A DNA stretch of 47,862 nt, from positions 1 to 47,862 of the forward strand of contig CANGSN010000001.1 of the NCBI GenBank assembly GCA_947455805.1, in the 5' to 3' direction. This stretch comes from Planctomycetota bacterium. Its GTDB lineage: Bacteria; Planctomycetota; UBA1135; UBA2386. Positions 8,358 through 16,481 of this stretch are shown here, piece by piece. A program made the translations under genes and the position numbers. Each line of letters begins with the position of its first letter. The first letter of the stretch is position 1. Below the pieces are notes generated by a model that saw only the letters and a list, made by a program, of their open reading frames with translations, ran no database searches and was not told where the DNA came from.

Positions 8358-11014
8358 GCCATCGCCTCCTTGCGATCGAGGGTCAGCAGGCGCTTCAGCT
8401 CGTCGTTGCTGAGCTCGGTCAGCCAGTTCTCGCCGGCGGCGAGCAGACTGTCGGCGACCTCGCGCTTGCGATCGAGCATCTGCTGGATGCGCTCCTCGAG
8501 CGTGCCGCTGCAGACGAACTTGTGCACGAACACGTTGCGCTGCTGGCCGATGCGGAACGCGCGGTCGGTCGCCTGGTCCTCGACGGCCGGGTTCCACCAA
8601 CGGTCGTAGTGGAACACGCGATTGGCCGCGGTCAGGTTGAGGCCGGTGCCGCCAGCCTTCAGCGACAGCACGAACAGCTTCGGGCCGTCCGGTCGCGAAG
8701 CCTGGAAGTCGGTGACCATCTGGTCGCGTTCCTTCTGCGGCACGCCGCCGTGCAGGAACAGCACCTGGCCGCCGAACGACGTCTCCAGGTGCGTCTTCAG
8801 CAGCGAGCCCATCTCCTTGAACTGCGTGAAGATCAGGCAGCGGTCGCCCTCTTCGAGCGACTCCTCGACCATCTCGCTGAGCAGGTCGAGCTTGCCCGAA
8901 CGGCTCGGCAGCACGCTGCCGTCCATCAGGTAGTGCGCCGGGTGGTTGCACACCTGCTTCAGGCGCAGCAGCGTGGTGAGGATGGCGCCGCGGCGCTGGA
9001 TGCCCTCGGCGGCCTTCTCGACCTCCTGCAGGCCCTTGCGCACGACGGACTCGTAGAGGATCGCCTGCTCGCGGCTCAGCGTCGCGGTGACGATCTGTTC
9101 GGTCTTCTCCGGCAGGTCGGCGACGATCTCCGGATCGGTCTTCAGGCGCCGCAGCACGAACGGGCGCACGAGGCGCGCCAGCGCCGACATCGAGCCCTGC
9201 CGCCGCTGCTTCACGATCGGGTGCTCCAGCGTCTGCATGAACTGCGTTCGCGAGCCGAGCAGGCCTTCGTTGAGGAAGTCCATGATCGACCACAGGTCGA
9301 GCGGACGGTTCTCGAGCGGCGTGCCGGTCAGCGCCAAGCGGAAGTTGCCGCGCATCGCGCGCGCCACCTTCGACTGGCGGGTCGTCGGATTCTTGATGTT
9401 CTGCGCTTCGTCCAGCAGCACCCCGTCGAAGGTGATGCCTTCCATGATCTCTTCGTCGCGCTGCAGCAGGTTGTAGCTGGTCAGCACGATGTCGGTGCCG
9501 GCGAGCATCGTGCGGAAGTCTTCGGCCGTCTCCGCGCGGCCCTTGCCGTGGTGCAGCACGATGCGCAGCGTCGGCGCGAAGCGGTTGAGCTCGCGGCGCC
9601 AGTTGCCGAGCACCGAGACCGGGCACACGATCAGGATCGGATAGCCGCCTGGGCGCGCGCGGCGCCACTCGAGCATCACAGTGATCGCCTGCACGGTCTT
9701 GCCGAGACCCATGTCGTCGGCGAGGCACGCGCCGAAGCCCTGGTCGACGAGGAAGTGCATCCACGCCTGGCCGCGGGCCTGGTAGGGACGCAGTTCGCCG
9801 AGGAAGTCGGCCGGCAGCGGGCGGTTCTCGATCGAGCGCGCCTGCTCGAGGTTGTGCAGCAGGTTCTCGAGCCGCGGCGTGCTGGCGATCGACTCCATCG
9901 CCAGGCCGTGCAGATGCGAGGCACCGCCGAGGCGCAGGCGGAGCGCTTCGAAGAAGCTGATCTTCTCGCCGCCCTCCTTCATGCGCGCCTTGAAGTCCTT
10001 CAGCGCTTCGCGGTCCTTCGGCGACAGCAGCACCGGGCGGCGATCGATGAAGACGAGCGGCGTCTTGGCGTCGACCAGCGAGTCGAACTGGGCTTGCGAC
10101 AGTTCCTGGTCACCGAGCGCCAGGCTCCAGCGGAACTCGAACCACGGCCGCGGGTCGTTCGCCTGGCCCTTGCCCTCGACGATGGCCACGCGCGCCGACA
10201 ACCGCTGCATCGACTCGATGCCGGGCAGCTGCAGCTCGAAGCCTTCGCTCTCGAGCATCGGCATGTGGTCTAGGATCTGGTCGAGCTCGGCGCGCGTCAG
10301 GCTGATGCGGCCATCGCTCATGTTGCGCGCGCGGCGCAGCGACGGCAGCTTCTCGGCGACGCGGTCGATCGTCTGCTCGATCTTCACCACGCTGTCGGTG
10401 GCGATCTCGTTGCGGAACGGCGACGCCGACAGGCGCCGGTGCAGGCTCTCGATGGTCTCGGTGAAGGCGATCGTCGGGATCGGCCGCAACAGGATCTGCA
10501 GGCCCCAGGGCGCGCCTTCTTCGAGCGGCTGGTCGGGGACCAGGATCTCGAGCACCGGCACCATCGGCGTCTGCCAGAACTCGCGCGGCAGGCGCTCGGC
10601 CTTCTGGAAGCGGCTCTCTGGCGGCGAACCGGCGGCGGTACGCGCCTGCACCCACTGGTCGAGCGCGTGGCCGACGAAGCTGACGACGAAGTTGCGCGGG
10701 GTCACCGCGTAGACCGGATCGTCGGGCACGGCGAAGCGCGCCGTGCACAGCGTGCCGGGCACGAGGTCGGCGAGGGCGGCGAGCACCCACTGCGTGTCCG
10801 CGTTCCAGTGCGGCGTCCACTGCAGGACACCAGGCTGCGGGGCCGGCGCGTAGTCGCCGCGGGCGATCAGCTTCTCGACCAACTGGGCTAGGGCGGCGAT
10901 CGCGCGCAGCGGTGCTGGCTGCTTGTCAGCCGGCAACGAAGCGAGCCACGGCAGCGCGTCCGCGAGCCGCAAGCCCAGCGCCGGGATCGTCCACAGCGCC
11001 GGGGCGACGCGCAC
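8354..11014 (-). CDS. SNF2-family DEAD/DEAH-box helicase/ATPase (HelZ/RapA-like). The 5' end is uncertain (see finding).
   Basis: 886-aa ORF with LADDMGLGKTVQAI (motif I), LLDEAQNIKN (II), LTGTPLEN (III) and LSLKAGGTGLNLTAANRVFHYDRWWNPAVEDQATDRAFRIGQ (V-VI). GTG 11014 is the first canonical start, but the frame remains protein-like up to 11233. Confidence 0.9.
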   Translation of the reverse strand: MRVAPALWTIPALGLRLADALPWLASLPADKQPAPLRAIAALAQLVEKLIARGDYAPAPQPGVLQWTPHWNADTQWVLAALADLVPGTLCTARFAVPDDPVYAVTPRNFVVSFVGHALDQWVQARTAAGSPPESRFQKAERLPREFWQTPMVPVLEILVPDQPLEEGAPWGLQILLRPIPTIAFTETIESLHRRLSASPFRNEIATDSVVKIEQTIDRVAEKLPSLRRARNMSDGRISLTRAELDQILDHMPMLESEGFELQLPGIESMQRLSARVAIVEGKGQANDPRPWFEFRWSLALGDQELSQAQFDSLVDAKTPLVFIDRRPVLLSPKDREALKDFKARMKEGGEKISFFEALRLRLGGASHLHGLAMESIASTPRLENLLHNLEQARSIENRPLPADFLGELRPYQARGQAWMHFLVDQGFGACLADDMGLGKTVQAITVMLEWRRARPGGYPILIVCPVSVLGNWRRELNRFAPTLRIVLHHGKGRAETAEDFRTMLAGTDIVLTSYNLLQRDEEIMEGITFDGVLLDEAQNIKNPTTRQSKVARAMRGNFRLALTGTPLENRPLDLWSIMDFLNEGLLGSRTQFMQTLEHPIVKQRRQGSMSALARLVRPFVLRRLKTDPEIVADLPEKTEQIVTATLSREQAILYESVVRKGLQEVEKAAEGIQRRGAILTTLLRLKQVCNHPAHYLMDGSVLPSRSGKLDLLSEMVEESLEEGDRCLIFTQFKEMGSLLKTHLETSFGGQVLFLHGGVPQKERDQMVTDFQASRPDGPKLFVLSLKAGGTGLNLTAANRVFHYDRWWNPAVEDQATDRAFRIGQQRNVFVHKFVCSGTLEERIQQMLDRKREVADSLLAAGENWLTELSNDELKRLLTLDRKEAMA

Positions 11015-11234
11015 GGGCGGTCGTTCGTCGTCTTCGACCTCGCCTTCGGCGAGGCGTGCAACCGGGCGTAGCGTGGTCTCCTCGACCGGGATCAGCAGCT
11101 GCAGATCGACCGGTTCGACTTTGGCGACGAGATCGCTGGGCAGCGCTGTGGCGACACCCTCGGTGCCGAGGTCGGACCAGAGGGCGATCCGCGCATCGGC
11201 GGGCTGACGCGAGTGGAGATAGGCGGCGTGCAGA

Positions 11235-11657
11235 CTAGTGCTTCCCGTGATTCGGATCGGCCTTCGGCTGCGTCCACTGGTACTGCACGTTCGTGTGGCG
11301 CACGGTCAGCTCGCCGTCCAGGCGACGGGTCGCGTGGTCCGACAGAGTGAAGATGAACAGCAACGACAGGAACAGGAACGAGCTCAGGAAGACGATCTTG
11401 TTGATCGCCGTGTCCCACTTCACGTGCATGAAGAAGGCGATGACCAACGACGCCTTGACGCTGGCGATGGCCATGGCGATCAGCATGTTGGCCGGACCGA
11501 AGTCCACGCGCGACGCGCCGACGGTGATGCCGGTCAGGATCAACAGTGCGATCAGCACGTTGAGGAACATCGCCGAGCTGGAGATGTGGTGGTGACCCAT
11601 CTGCAGGCCGCCGTGCCCGTGGGCGTCATGTCCGTGGGAGTGATCGTGGGCGCTCAT
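11235..11657 (-). CDS. ctaF: Cytochrome c oxidase subunit IV (prokaryotic CoxIV family)
   Basis: 140-aa tail of track ORF 11235-12113, starting at ATG 11657 (MSAHDHSHGHDAHGHGG...). Three TM helices and the KASLVIAFFMHVKWD motif. Its start shares one nucleotide with the ctaE stop. Confidence 0.8.
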   Translation of the reverse strand: MSAHDHSHGHDAHGHGGLQMGHHHISSSAMFLNVLIALLILTGITVGASRVDFGPANMLIAMAIASVKASLVIAFFMHVKWDTAINKIVFLSSFLFLSLLFIFTLSDHATRRLDGELTVRHTNVQYQWTQPKADPNHGKH

Positions 11658-12391
11658 CACGGCACCAGGTAGAGCAAGGGGAACAGGAAGATCCAGATCA
11701 GGTCGACGAGGTGCCAGTAGAGGCCGACCAGGTCGACGGGCAGGAAGTAACCGTTGTGGAAGCGACCCTTCGCGGCACCCACCATGATCCAGAGGATCAG
11801 GCCGGCGCCGATGATGACGTGCAGGCCGTGGATCGCGGTCATCGTCAGGTAGATCGCGAAGAACAGGTGGCCGTGCGGCACACCGGCCATCACGCCGTCG
11901 TAGTCCTTGAACCAGGCGAGCGAGCCGGTCGCTTGGTCGTAGGGCGCGAACAGCTCGCTGAAGACCACGAAGCCGTGCTCGTGCTTCGCCTTGTATTCGA
12001 AGAACTTGATGACCATGAAGGCGAGGGCGCCCACCACGGTCAGGCCACAGAACATCAGGGTCTTCTGCTTCTGGCTGGTCTGCGCCGAGCGCACGCCCAT
12101 GGCCATCGTCCACGAGCTCAGCAGCAGCACCGTCGTGTTGATGGCGCCGAGCTTCCAGTCGAGCTGCTGGCCACCCAGACGGAACGTCTCCGGGTAGACC
12201 TCGTGGTAGTAGAAGTAGGCAGCGAAGAGGCCGCCGAAGAGCAGGATTTCCGTCGCCAGGAACAACCAGAAGCCCAGCTTGGCCGACTGGAACTCCTGCA
12301 CCGGCGTGTCGAAGTGGTGCGCCACCGTGTGGGGAACGAACTCGGGTCCCGGCGCCGGGATCACTACCGAGTGGTGACCGTCATGACTCAT
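11657..12391 (-). CDS. ctaE: Cytochrome c oxidase subunit III
   Basis: 244 aa with LGFWLFLATEILLFGGLFAAYF, FAIYLTMTAIHGLHVIIG and YWHLVDLIWIFLFPLLYL. Confidence 0.92.
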   Translation of the reverse strand: MSHDGHHSVVIPAPGPEFVPHTVAHHFDTPVQEFQSAKLGFWLFLATEILLFGGLFAAYFYYHEVYPETFRLGGQQLDWKLGAINTTVLLLSSWTMAMGVRSAQTSQKQKTLMFCGLTVVGALAFMVIKFFEYKAKHEHGFVVFSELFAPYDQATGSLAWFKDYDGVMAGVPHGHLFFAIYLTMTAIHGLHVIIGAGLILWIMVGAAKGRFHNGYFLPVDLVGLYWHLVDLIWIFLFPLLYLVP

Positions 12392-12433
12392 CTTGGAATC
12401 CTGTAGCGAGGTGGCGTTGGAGGCTCTGTGGGG

Positions 12434-12459
12434 CTTCTTCGTCGGCTTGGACGAAGAAG
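12434..12459 (-). other. Intercistronic stem-loop between ctaD and ctaE
   Basis: cttcttcgtc-ggcttg-gacgaagaag is a perfect 10-bp inverted repeat with a 6-nt loop. It sits in the 78-nt ctaD-ctaE gap. Confidence 0.55.
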
Positions 12460-12469
12460 TCTGGCCGGT

Positions 12470-14131
12470 TCAGCGGACCGGCGTCTGCATCGACTGGTAG
12501 TCGAGCGTCGAGTAGTCGTAGACCTCGTGCACGACCTTCGGCGGCACGTCGAAGTTCTCGAGCGGCGGCGGGGTCGGGCACAGCCAGTCGAGCGTCACAC
12601 CGCCCCACTGGTTCTGCATGGCCTTCTTGCCCTGGAACAGCGAGGCCACCAGGTAGAAGACCATCATGCCGATACCGACGGTCAGGATGATGACGCCGAC
12701 CGTCGACGCCGCGTGGTATGGCGCGTAGTCCGGCACGTAGGTGGCGTAACGACGCGGCATGCCGCGGCTGCCCATGATGAACTGCGGCAGGAAGGTCGCG
12801 TTGAAGCCGATGAAGATGATGGCGCAGGCGATCTTCGCCAGGAACTCGTCATACATCACGCCGAACATCTTCGGCCACCAGTGATGCAGGCCGGCGAAGA
12901 ACGCCAGCGCGATCGAACCCATCATCACATAGTGGAAGTGCGCGACGACGAAGTAGGTGTCGTGCAGGTGGATGTCGACGTTCAGCGCGCCGAGGATCAC
13001 GCCGGTCAGGCCGCCGATCGCGAAGATGATCAGGAACGCCAGCGTGTAGAGCATCGGCGAGTTCAGCGCGATCGAGCCCTTCCAGATCGTCGCGACCCAG
13101 CTGAACTCCTTGATCGCGGTCGGGATCGCCACGAAGAAGGTCAGGAACGAGAACGCGAACATCGCGTACGTCGACTGACCCGACGTGAACATGTGGTGGC
13201 CCCACACGAGGAAGCTGATGATCGCGATCGCCAGCGAGCTGAACGCGATCAGCTTGTAGCCGAACAGCGGCTTGCGGCTGTGGACCGACACCAGCTCGCT
13301 GATGATGCCGAAGGCCGGCAGCACCATGATGTAGACGGCCGGGTGGCTGTAGAACCAGAAGAAGTGCTCGAACAGCACCGGGTCGCCACCGAGGCGCGGA
13401 TCGAAGATGCCGATGTGGTAGAGGCGTTCGAACGCGACCAGCAGCACCGTGATGCCGAGGACCGGCGTCGCCAGCACCTGCAGCAGCGACGTGGCGTAGA
13501 GCGCCCACACGAACAGCGGCATGCGGAACCAGGTCAGACCCGGCGCGCGCAGCTTGTGCACGGTGACGATGAAGTTCAGCCCGGTGAAGATCGAGCTGAA
13601 GCCGAGCACGAAGATCGCGAGGCCGATCGTGACGACGGCCTGCTGGGTGTAGAGGCTGTACGGCGTGTAGAAGGTCCAGCCGGTGTCGAAGCCGCCCAGC
13701 ACGATGGCGAGCGTCGCCAGGACTGCGCCGGTGAGCCACAGGTAGAAGCTCAGCAGGTTCAGCCGCGGCAGCGCCACGTCCTTCGCGCCGAGCATCAGCG
13801 GCAGCACCATGTTCCCGAGCGAGCCCGGGATCGCCGGGATCACGAACAGGAACACCATGAAGGCGCCGTGCAGCGTGAAGATCTGGTTGTACTGCGCGTT
13901 GTCGAACAGCATGCCCTTCGGCTCCCACAGGTGGAGGCGAACGAGCAGCGCGAACAGGCCGCCGCACAGGAAGGCGATGGAGACGCCGACCAGGTACATC
14001 AGGCCGATGCGCTTGTGGTCGAGCGTGCCTGCCCACGACCAGAAGCCCGACCGGTTGTTCAGGTAGTTGGTCCCACCCGCCTCGGGAGCGTGGTGCGCGT
14101 GGGTGTCGATCACTGGGACGTTGGTGGTCAT
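12470..14131 (-). CDS. ctaD: Cytochrome c oxidase subunit I (heme-copper oxidase, A-type)
   Basis: 553 aa with [28 protein letters not shown] and [12 protein letters not shown]. Confidence 0.97.
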   Translation of the reverse strand: MTTNVPVIDTHAHHAPEAGGTNYLNNRSGFWSWAGTLDHKRIGLMYLVGVSIAFLCGGLFALLVRLHLWEPKGMLFDNAQYNQIFTLHGAFMVFLFVIPAIPGSLGNMVLPLMLGAKDVALPRLNLLSFYLWLTGAVLATLAIVLGGFDTGWTFYTPYSLYTQQAVVTIGLAIFVLGFSSIFTGLNFIVTVHKLRAPGLTWFRMPLFVWALYATSLLQVLATPVLGITVLLVAFERLYHIGIFDPRLGGDPVLFEHFFWFYSHPAVYIMVLPAFGIISELVSVHSRKPLFGYKLIAFSSLAIAIISFLVWGHHMFTSGQSTYAMFAFSFLTFFVAIPTAIKEFSWVATIWKGSIALNSPMLYTLAFLIIFAIGGLTGVILGALNVDIHLHDTYFVVAHFHYVMMGSIALAFFAGLHHWWPKMFGVMYDEFLAKIACAIIFIGFNATFLPQFIMGSRGMPRRYATYVPDYAPYHAASTVGVIILTVGIGMMVFYLVASLFQGKKAMQNQWGGVTLDWLCPTPPPLENFDVPPKVVHEVYDYSTLDYQSMQTPVR

Positions 14132-14138
14132 CGTTGCC

Positions 14139-15200
14139 TCACTTCGCCTCTGCGAGCGACTTCATGTACTGGATCAGGCCGGCGATCTTGCGGTCTTCGA
14201 TGTTGTCGAACGCGGACATGCCGCCGCGGTTGTACGGCTCCTCGGCGACGATCTTGGCCATCGGCGTCTTGATCGACTCGATGATGTAGGCGTCGTCGAC
14301 GGTGATGGTCTGCTTCTGGCCGCCGACCAGGACTTCGCGCTGGCGACCGGTGAAGGTGCCGTCGGCGTTCTTGGTGAACAGGCCTTTCCAGCTCGGGCCG
14401 ACGCCCGGGATGCCGTTCACCGAGTGGCAGCTGGCGCACAGCTGCTTGTAGAGGCTCTCACCGCTCTTGGCGGCAGCGGCCGGCGTGCTGTCGTCCCACT
14501 TGTCCCACGGCTTCTTGGCGAACTCTTCGGCCGAGACGACGTGCAGCTGCGCGTACATCTTGGAGTGGTCGTTGCCGCAGTACTCGGCGCAGAACAGGTG
14601 GTAGTCGCCGACTTCCTTCGGCTCGAACCACACGACCTGGCTGCGGCCTGGGATCACGTCGCGCTTGACGCGCATCTGCGGCAGGTAGAAGGCGTGCAGA
14701 ACGTCGGTCGATTCGGTTGCGAACGCGACCGGCTTGTCGACCTCGACCCAGACCTCGCCGAACGACTGCTGGCCGTTCGGGTAGGTGAAGGTCCAGTTCC
14801 ACTGCTTGGCGGTCGCCTTGTAGAGGTTGCGGCTCGCCGCTTCCGGCACGTTCGTCATGTCGAGGCTGCCCTTGAAGCCCCACGCGAACATGACCATCAC
14901 GATGATCAGCGGGATCACCGTCCAGACCACTTCCAGCGGCGTGTTGTGCGTCACGTTCGACAGCGCCGGCTGGTCCCACGTCTTGCGACGGTAGAGGACG
15001 ACCGACACGGCGATGACGCCGACGATCACCACGAAGAAGAAGATGCAGACGATGTAGGTGAAGTAGAAGAGCCCGTCGACGTGGTCGAACGTGCTCGCCA
15101 GCTTCGGCAGTTGGCCGTACGTGTCGACCGCCAGCGGCGGAGCCGGGTTCTCGATGTGGCCGGGAGTCCTGGCCGGGTCCTGGGTCAGTAGGGCGAACAC
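14139..15200 (-). CDS. ctaC: Cytochrome c oxidase subunit II with a fused C-terminal cytochrome c domain (caa3-type)
   Basis: 353 aa, GTG start and two N-terminal TM helices. CuA motif [15 protein letters not shown] and C-terminal heme c motif CASCHS. Confidence 0.93.
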   Translation of the reverse strand: MFALLTQDPARTPGHIENPAPPLAVDTYGQLPKLASTFDHVDGLFYFTYIVCIFFFVVIVGVIAVSVVLYRRKTWDQPALSNVTHNTPLEVVWTVIPLIIVMVMFAWGFKGSLDMTNVPEAASRNLYKATAKQWNWTFTYPNGQQSFGEVWVEVDKPVAFATESTDVLHAFYLPQMRVKRDVIPGRSQVVWFEPKEVGDYHLFCAEYCGNDHSKMYAQLHVVSAEEFAKKPWDKWDDSTPAAAAKSGESLYKQLCASCHSVNGIPGVGPSWKGLFTKNADGTFTGRQREVLVGGQKQTITVDDAYIIESIKTPMAKIVAEEPYNRGGMSAFDNIEDRKIAGLIQYMKSLAEAK

Positions 15201-15246
15201 GGGTGTTCCTGGTCTGCGGTCTGTGGGCTGCGGAAGTTGGGGGTGC

Positions 15247-16080
15247 TCACGACGAGGAGGGCTGCGGCTGGGCCGTGGCGGCCTGCTGCCGCTCCTTCCG
15301 GAGCAAGATCCAGATCATCGCCCCGAGGGCGAGGACGGTGACGACGCCACCGACTCGCATCACGGTCCTCGCCGTGAGTGAGTAGGTGTTGGTGCGGGAG
15401 TCGAAGGTCAGGCAGTTGAGTCGAACCTCGTCGAGGAACGTGCCGAGCTTGCCTTCGCTGGCTTCGACCAGCGCGAGGCGGAGATCCTCCGGCTCGAAGG
15501 TCGTGTTCTTGACGATACGGCTGACCTTGCCGTCCTTGGTCAGGAAGATCAGCGACGGCGGGTGCGAGAACTGCTGGGTCGCGTCGGACCAGTAGTAGTT
15601 GAAGCCGACGGACTTGGTCAGCTTCGTGATGTTGTCCTGGTCACCGACGAGCACGCGCCACGCATCGTCGCCGCCGATCTTGGCGAGCTGGCGCAGGTAC
15701 GTGGTCTTGCGCGCCTTGGCGATCTCCGGCGTCTCCTTCGGGTCGATGGAGACGTTGAGGATGCGGTACTGCTTGCCCGGCTCGAAATCGACGTCGCTCA
15801 GGGCCCGGAACGCTTCGCCGAGCACCTGGCCGCACATGCGCGGGCAGCTGTAGTAGCCGAGGATCAGCACCACCGGTACTTCGCCCGGGAACCACTGGCG
15901 CAGCTGGAACGGGTAGCCGCGCTCGTCGAGGAAGCTCAGCTGCGGATCGACGGTGACGCCGATCGTGTCGAGCTGGTCGGCGGCGACCTCGCGCGACTCC
16001 AGCGTCGACGTGGGCGGCATGCCCTCCTGCGCCAGGGCGGCGCCGGTCGTCAGCAGCAGGGTTGCGAGGAGGGTCTTCAT
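15247..16080 (-). CDS. SCO1/SenC-family copper chaperone
   Basis: 277 aa with signal peptide MKTLLATLLLTTGAALAQ, a thioredoxin-like CxxxC (YYSCPRMCGQV) and a C-terminal TM helix. Located between the act and cta genes. Confidence 0.87.
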   Translation of the reverse strand: MKTLLATLLLTTGAALAQEGMPPTSTLESREVAADQLDTIGVTVDPQLSFLDERGYPFQLRQWFPGEVPVVLILGYYSCPRMCGQVLGEAFRALSDVDFEPGKQYRILNVSIDPKETPEIAKARKTTYLRQLAKIGGDDAWRVLVGDQDNITKLTKSVGFNYYWSDATQQFSHPPSLIFLTKDGKVSRIVKNTTFEPEDLRLALVEASEGKLGTFLDEVRLNCLTFDSRTNTYSLTARTVMRVGGVVTVLALGAMIWILLRKERQQAATAQPQPSSS

Positions 16081-16108
16081 CGATGGTGCAGTTGCGGACT
16101 CGATCCGG

Positions 16109-16414
16109 TCACTTGCCGGCGAGCTTCTTGACGACGTCTTCGATCTTGACCGGGCCGCCGTGCAGGAACTTGTCCTCGATGGCGCGCACCTGGCCCAGCT
16201 CCTTGTTCTCGGCCTTGTAGATCTTGGTTTCGCGCTCGGCTTCCTGCACGCGCACGAAGATCGGGACCATCACCCACAAGGACAGGAACAGGACGACGGT
16301 GCCGCCGATGACCCAGATGGTCGCCGACCGGGCGTTGATGTCGTTCTCCGGATCGTGCACCACCGGCTCGTGCGTGGCGCCGGGTGCGTGTTCGTCGTGA
16401 TGGCCGTGGCCCAT
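16109..16414 (-). CDS. Small single-TM protein with a His-rich N-terminus, function unknown, embedded in the ACIII-caa3 cluster
   Basis: 101 aa, MGHGHHDEHAPGATHEPVVH..., with one TM helix (IWVIGGTVVLFLSLWVMVPIF) and a charged C-terminal helix. Co-directional and tightly spaced with its neighbours. Confidence 0.62.
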   Translation of the reverse strand: MGHGHHDEHAPGATHEPVVHDPENDINARSATIWVIGGTVVLFLSLWVMVPIFVRVQEAERETKIYKAENKELGQVRAIEDKFLHGGPVKIEDVVKKLAGK

Positions 16415-16481
16415 GGCTGTGTCCGTTCGGTGTCCGGGGGGCGGGTTGTTCGTTGGGGGGCTGTTCGTTGGCGGGCTGGCT

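Noticed and set aside
8258-10273. 671-aa plus-strand ORF, and the N-terminal 470 aa of minus-strand ORF 7602-9764, both overlapping the SNF2 gene
   Set aside because: They are Arg/Ala/Pro-rich shadow frames. Only the last 251 codons of 7602-9764 (the SWIM protein) look like a real protein and begin with an ATG overlapping the SNF2 stop.
7602-11233. SNF2 helicase as part of a DISARM/BREX/Zorya-like anti-phage system
   Set aside because: None of the obligatory partners (methyltransferase, PLD nuclease, DUF1998, PglZ, ZorAB-like motor) lies within 10 kb. The flanks are housekeeping respiratory genes. A defence role cannot be supported from this window.
16447-16471. Short direct repeats here, and the 7452/7566 repeats, as a possible CRISPR array
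   Set aside because: There are only two copies, each 10-23 nt, with no regular repeat-spacer periodicity and no cas genes.
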